Assembly (NCBI RefSeq): GCF_001194135.2
Contig: NC_069006.1
Location: 24,665,611 to 24,729,610 of the forward strand
Reading direction: 5' to 3'
Source of the DNA: Octopus bimaculoides
Taxonomy: Eukaryota
Length of the DNA stretch: 64,000 nt
Below are positions 62,795 to 64,000 of the stretch, in pieces; the first letter of the stretch is position 1; each line of letters starts with the position of its first letter. Both the position numbers and the translations under genes were made by a program. The notes under the pieces were generated by a model. That model was not told the origin of the DNA. It made no database searches and was given only the letters and a program-made list of their open reading frames with translations.

Positions 62795-64000
62795 GTAAAT
62801 AAGGAACTTGGCTGTTTGTAATGTTGAGCTAACCAGGGGTAGGATGGCAGGAGTGGGTGGGTGACTGTTGAATTTCTTCACCTTTTAAAATGTTGACTTG
62901 TATTTATATCCCATTAAAAAAAAAGAAAGGTTTTTTTTTTTATTGCTTTAAACATTTGCCAAATTTATTATTCAGCACAATCATCTGAGAGTGATATAAC
63001 CGTATTTTAATGTGTATAAGGAACCATTTATTGTCAAAAATTAGGTTAAAAAATATGGGAATTTCTTACAGTAGCCAAATTTCCCTCAAATTCTGTTAAC
63101 CATCTTTTGAAAGAAAGACATGTTGGCTAGTGTAATCCTGTAGTTCTGTGTTTACTGACCTCAGGACAAGACATGGTCACTACTGGAACCACTTTGATAA
63201 TATTCTGTGTGACTATTCAGAGCTGATGCAGGGCTGCACAACAATTTCATGTAAGCTAACCACATTACATCGTTTAGTTAACGAGCTGGCTGAACTAATG
63301 CCAGCTGGAACTAACTTAGGTTTATATTGAACATCTTATTTTTATATATCGAACGGACTTGCAGGTCTGAAACGTTAACGTAATGAATGCAGAAGTTAAT
63401 TAACATTGTTATTAAGCATTCATATCAAAAGACGTCTTTCTAATTACTGGTTAGGTCTACATTTCAGTTTACATCATAACGACATGGAGAGCCAGAAAAA
63501 AACAAAAAACAAAAAAAAGAATTGAATGATGTTTGATAAATAAGTTTAGGCTTTCAGCTTTTAGTGTCTGGCTTTGGTTTCTTTGGCAAGGAACTTCAGT
63601 TTGTTTTCCTTGTCAAATGAGGAAAAAATAGTTAAGTTATTAATGTAATATCGAGTGCAGGTATAGCTGTGTGGTAAGAAGCTTGCTTCCCAACCACATG
63701 GTTCCAGGTTCTATAATTACATGTCTGTAGTACCAAAGCTGTGGACATCTCAATGCTTAGAAGCATTGAGGGACAGTAGTATTGTAGAGCTAATTGTCTG
63801 GAAGATGTAGGACATAGCTAAGATGATAGGAGTCAGTTAGCTGAAGTAGAATGGGCAGGGCTCTAGGGTTTGAGGAATAAGAGTTGTTGTCTGGGACTGT
63901 TTGGTGATGACGGAATTTAGAGGCAGTGGAAAATGCACAAAAGGGTTTGAATGGTCTGTGTATTGGTTAGGCACACAGGTGAGAACTACTAGGTGGGTGG

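Noticed and set aside
1-64000. The great majority of ORFs in the supplied track (HT, YI, CV, SL repeats and X runs)
   Set aside because: They are translations of microsatellites, N-gaps and SINEs. None of the real TAO exons appears in the track because they are short spliced exons.
1-64000. CRISPR array, operon or prokaryotic defence system
   Set aside because: There are no regularly spaced repeats with unique spacers and no long intronless ORFs. The DNA is intron- and SINE-rich eukaryotic sequence.

Overview
Eukaryotic, AT-rich, repeat-dense genomic DNA from a gapped short-read assembly. The SINE families, microsatellite load and intron architecture point to an octopus (coleoid cephalopod) genome; this is recognition, not a database result. 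The ORF track is almost entirely spurious (microsatellites, N-gaps, SINEs). The only protein-coding gene I can identify firmly is a TAO kinase (Ste20/GCK-VIII, TAOK1/2/3-Tao orthologue) on the + strand. Its first four coding exons are 58234-58365, 61500-61571, 61791-61892 and 62749-62794, and the gene continues past the window. The rest is tRNA-derived SINEs, decayed non-LTR retrotransposons (RLE/R4-like, CR1/L2-like, RTE, probable Penelope), mariner and hAT MITEs, and simple repeats. There are also three or four CpG-rich promoter-like islands (about 10.6-10.9, 14.0-14.3, 43.7-44.4 and 45.7-45.9 kb) that imply further genes I cannot name. I see no CRISPR array, operon or prokaryotic system, and no firm evidence of a new biological system. 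The best leads are degenerate Penelope-type hammerhead ribozyme motifs, a dense uORF cluster in the TAO kinase leader, orphan exon-like segments on the minus strand, and a possible divergent promoter pair at 44-46 kb.
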